DNA from: Candidatus Atelocyanobacterium thalassa isolate ALOHA
GTDB taxonomy: Bacteria > Cyanobacteriota > Cyanobacteriia > Cyanobacteriales > Microcystaceae
Assembly: GCF_000025125.1 (NCBI RefSeq)
Contig: NC_013771.1
Coordinates: 420,001-452,000 of the forward strand
Length of the DNA stretch: 32,000 nt
Direction: 5' to 3'
The number at the start of each line of letters is the position of its first letter. Position 1 is the stretch's first letter. Below the pieces are notes generated by a model that was not told where the DNA came from, did no database searches, and worked only from the letters and a program-made list of their open reading frames with translations. The position numbers and the translations under genes are program-made. This document shows positions 30,038 to 32,000 of the stretch, one piece after another.

Positions 30038-30233
30038 AAGTCACTGTTCATAAATACTCTATATTTATCGTTTAAATTAATACTGAAGACTAACATATTA
30101 AGTATTTAATTCACACTATGATATGTGGAAATATTGATATTCAATAAATAAGAGTATGCATATATATTTAGTAATTATCTATGTAACAGTTTAACCTTAA
30201 CAAATAGATAAATAATAAAACTTTATAGTATAT

Positions 30234-31058
30234 TTACTTACTCTTTAGAAGATATAAATAATTACTTAGTTCTATCCATTGATTGATACTAAGGTTTTCT
30301 GCTCTTACTTTAAGATCAAGATTGTTTTTTTCCAAAAATTCAGTTATGTATTTAATATCCATAATGCTTTTTAAATTGTTATGCAACATTTTACGACGAC
30401 TAGAAAAACCTAAGTTAATTAATTTTTCTAAGTGTGGCCGATTTAGAACAGAACTGTCCAAAATATGAGGACGAAGAGTTATTATTGCTGAATCAACTTT
30501 TGGAGCAGGATAAAAAGCTTTAGAAGGAACATCACAAATGTAATTACAATGAGCTAAGTATTGTATTTTTGCCGATAACGCTCCATACATTTTATTCCCA
30601 GGTAAAGCGGTAATTCTCTTTGCAACTTCTTTTTGAACTAATAAAACAATTATTTCATAAGGAAGATTGTAGGGTTCAGAAACACTACCTAATAACTTTT
30701 CCAAAATAGGGTTAGTAATGTTGTAAGGAATATTTGCAACCACTTTGTTCATAGGCCAAAAAAGGTTGTAATTACTAATTTCTGTGAATAAATCTATTTT
30801 AAGAATATCTTCTTGCAAGAGTAATAAGTTTTTACAATAATGAAATTTCTTCACCAATTGTTCATACAAGTCTCGATCTACTTCAATTGCAGTAACAGAA
30901 GAAACTTCAGGTAAAAGCCGAGAAGTCAAGATACCTGTTCCTGGACCAATTTCCAAAACTTTGTCAATCTTGGTAAGATGAGCAGATTTTATAATTCTCT
31001 CTAAGACTGTATTATCTTTTAACCAGTGTTGCCCAAATCGTTTACGAGGATAAATCAT
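30234..31058 (-). CDS. rsmA: 16S rRNA (adenine1518-N6/adenine1519-N6)-dimethyltransferase
   Basis: PRKRFGQHWL, VLEIGPGTGILT (SAM-binding motif), AIEVD, VVANIPYNIT. Typical KsgA/RsmA. Confidence 0.93.
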   Translation of the reverse strand: MIYPRKRFGQHWLKDNTVLERIIKSAHLTKIDKVLEIGPGTGILTSRLLPEVSSVTAIEVDRDLYEQLVKKFHYCKNLLLLQEDILKIDLFTEISNYNLFWPMNKVVANIPYNITNPILEKLLGSVSEPYNLPYEIIVLLVQKEVAKRITALPGNKMYGALSAKIQYLAHCNYICDVPSKAFYPAPKVDSAIITLRPHILDSSVLNRPHLEKLINLGFSSRRKMLHNNLKSIMDIKYITEFLEKNNLDLKVRAENLSINQWIELSNYLYLLKSK

Positions 31059-31295
31059 TATAAACTTATATTAATCTACTAAATAATAAAAAATAGAACT
31101 TAATCTTATAAGATATTACTGTGTATATTGATTGATATATCAATTAGGAACATTCATTTTATTTATCCGATAAGATACTTAGTTGTTAAACTACTAATAA
31201 CTATAAGAAAAATTAAATATTTAAATTATTAATTTTGAGTAAATTTTATTAAAAGACTAGTTTATTTAAAAGCAAAAAATAGTAAGGAATATATT

Positions 31296-32000
31296 ATGCA
31301 AAATAAAAATATGTTGATGATTCCAGGTCCAACTCCTGTACCTGAAAGTGTTCTTTTAGCTATGGCTCAGCATCCTATTGGGCATCGTGGTCAAGACTTT
31401 AATCAAATTATCAGTGAAATTTCTCAAAATTTAAAATGGCTTCATCAAACTAAGGAAGATGTTCTCATGTTAACTGCTAGTGGCACAGGAGCTATGGAAG
31501 CAGCAATCATTAACTTCCTTAGTTCTGGCGACTCTGTCCTAATAGGCAATAACGGAAAATTTGGAGAACGCTGGGTAAATGTTGCCCGTGCTTTTGGATT
31601 AAAAGTTGATGAAATACGTGCTGAATGGGGCGAGCCGTTAGATCCTGAAATGTTTAAAGATAAGCTTATGAATGATAAAAGCAAAAAAATTAAAGCTGTT
31701 ATCGTTACTCATTCTGAAACTTCTACAGGAGTACTTAATGATTTAGAAACTATTAATAAGTACACTAAAGAACACGGAGAAGCTTTGATCATAGTTGATG
31801 CAGTTACAAGCTTAGGAACTGTAAATCTTCCTATCGATAAATGGGAATTAGATGTCGTAGCATCTGGAGCTCAAAAGGGATATATGATTCCTCCTGGACT
31901 AGGTTTTGTATCTGTGAGTCAAAAAGCTTGGAAAGCTTATCAGAATTCGAATTTACCTAAATTTTATTTAGATCTTGGAGCATACAAAAAAGCAATTAAT
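31296..32000 (+). CDS. Class V aminotransferase (alanine/serine-glyoxylate aminotransferase type), 3' end outside the window
   Basis: My own translation from the ATG at 31296 is open to the window end: MQNKNMLMIPGPTPVPESVLLAMAQHPIGHRGQDF...TASGTGAMEAA...VTHSETSTGVLNDL...IIVDAVTSLG...VASGAQKGYMIPPGLGF (PLP-lysine motif). It is absent from the ORF track because it has no stop in the window. The antisense ORF 31445..31684 is spurious. Confidence 0.88.
   Translation, partial: MQNKNMLMIPGPTPVPESVLLAMAQHPIGHRGQDFNQIISEISQNLKWLHQTKEDVLMLTASGTGAMEAAIINFLSSGDSVLIGNNGKFGERWVNVARAFGLKVDEIRAEWGEPLDPEMFKDKLMNDKSKKIKAVIVTHSETSTGVLNDLETINKYTKEHGEALIIVDAVTSLGTVNLPIDKWELDVVASGAQKGYMIPPGLGFVSVSQKAWKAYQNSNLPKFYLDLGAYKKAIN

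Noticed and set aside
30283-30468. 61-aa + strand ORF
   Set aside because: It is antisense within rsmA.
31445-31684. 79-aa - strand ORF
   Set aside because: It is antisense to the class V aminotransferase, whose frame is open from 31296 to the window end with clear PLP-enzyme motifs.

Overview
This is a very AT-rich (about 30% GC by eye) window of cyanobacterial chromosome. It is tightly packed with core housekeeping genes on both strands. I see no transposases, integrases, phage genes, CRISPR arrays, rRNA/tRNA genes or recognisable defence or toxin modules. Genes called: GT4 glycosyltransferase (5' partial), polyprenyl-P sugar transferase, queA, uvrA, cmk, class II fba, a CobT-like UPF0284 protein, a GldA-like Fe-ADH, ssb, ppa, ndhM, a DppC/OppC-type ABC permease translationally coupled to thiL, queG, a GT21-like glycosyltransferase, infC, hom, a ClC channel with two CBS domains, ruvC, monocistronic groEL, a Tab2/DUF1092 homolog, two tandem GtrB/DPM1-like GT2 genes, rsmA and a class V aminotransferase (3' partial). 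Three hypothetical proteins are also present. ndhM, Tab2, a perfect CIRCE, a K-box-like motif and one HIP1 octamer mark the window as cyanobacterial. The AT bias, Asn/Ser-rich low-complexity linkers, roughly 20% AT-only spacer DNA and absence of mobile DNA suggest a reduced-genome lineage. A UCYN-A / Crocosphaera-clade symbiont type is an inference, not a verified identification. I do not find evidence for a novel multi-gene system; this reads as an ordinary core region. The most interesting items are a ClC homolog substituted at all three canonical anion-coordinating positions, a stand-alone cmk lacking the PanC fusion typical of cyanobacteria, the groEL regulatory region, and several unusually long perfect hairpins and AT palindromes in spacers. 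All CDS coordinates include the stop codon.
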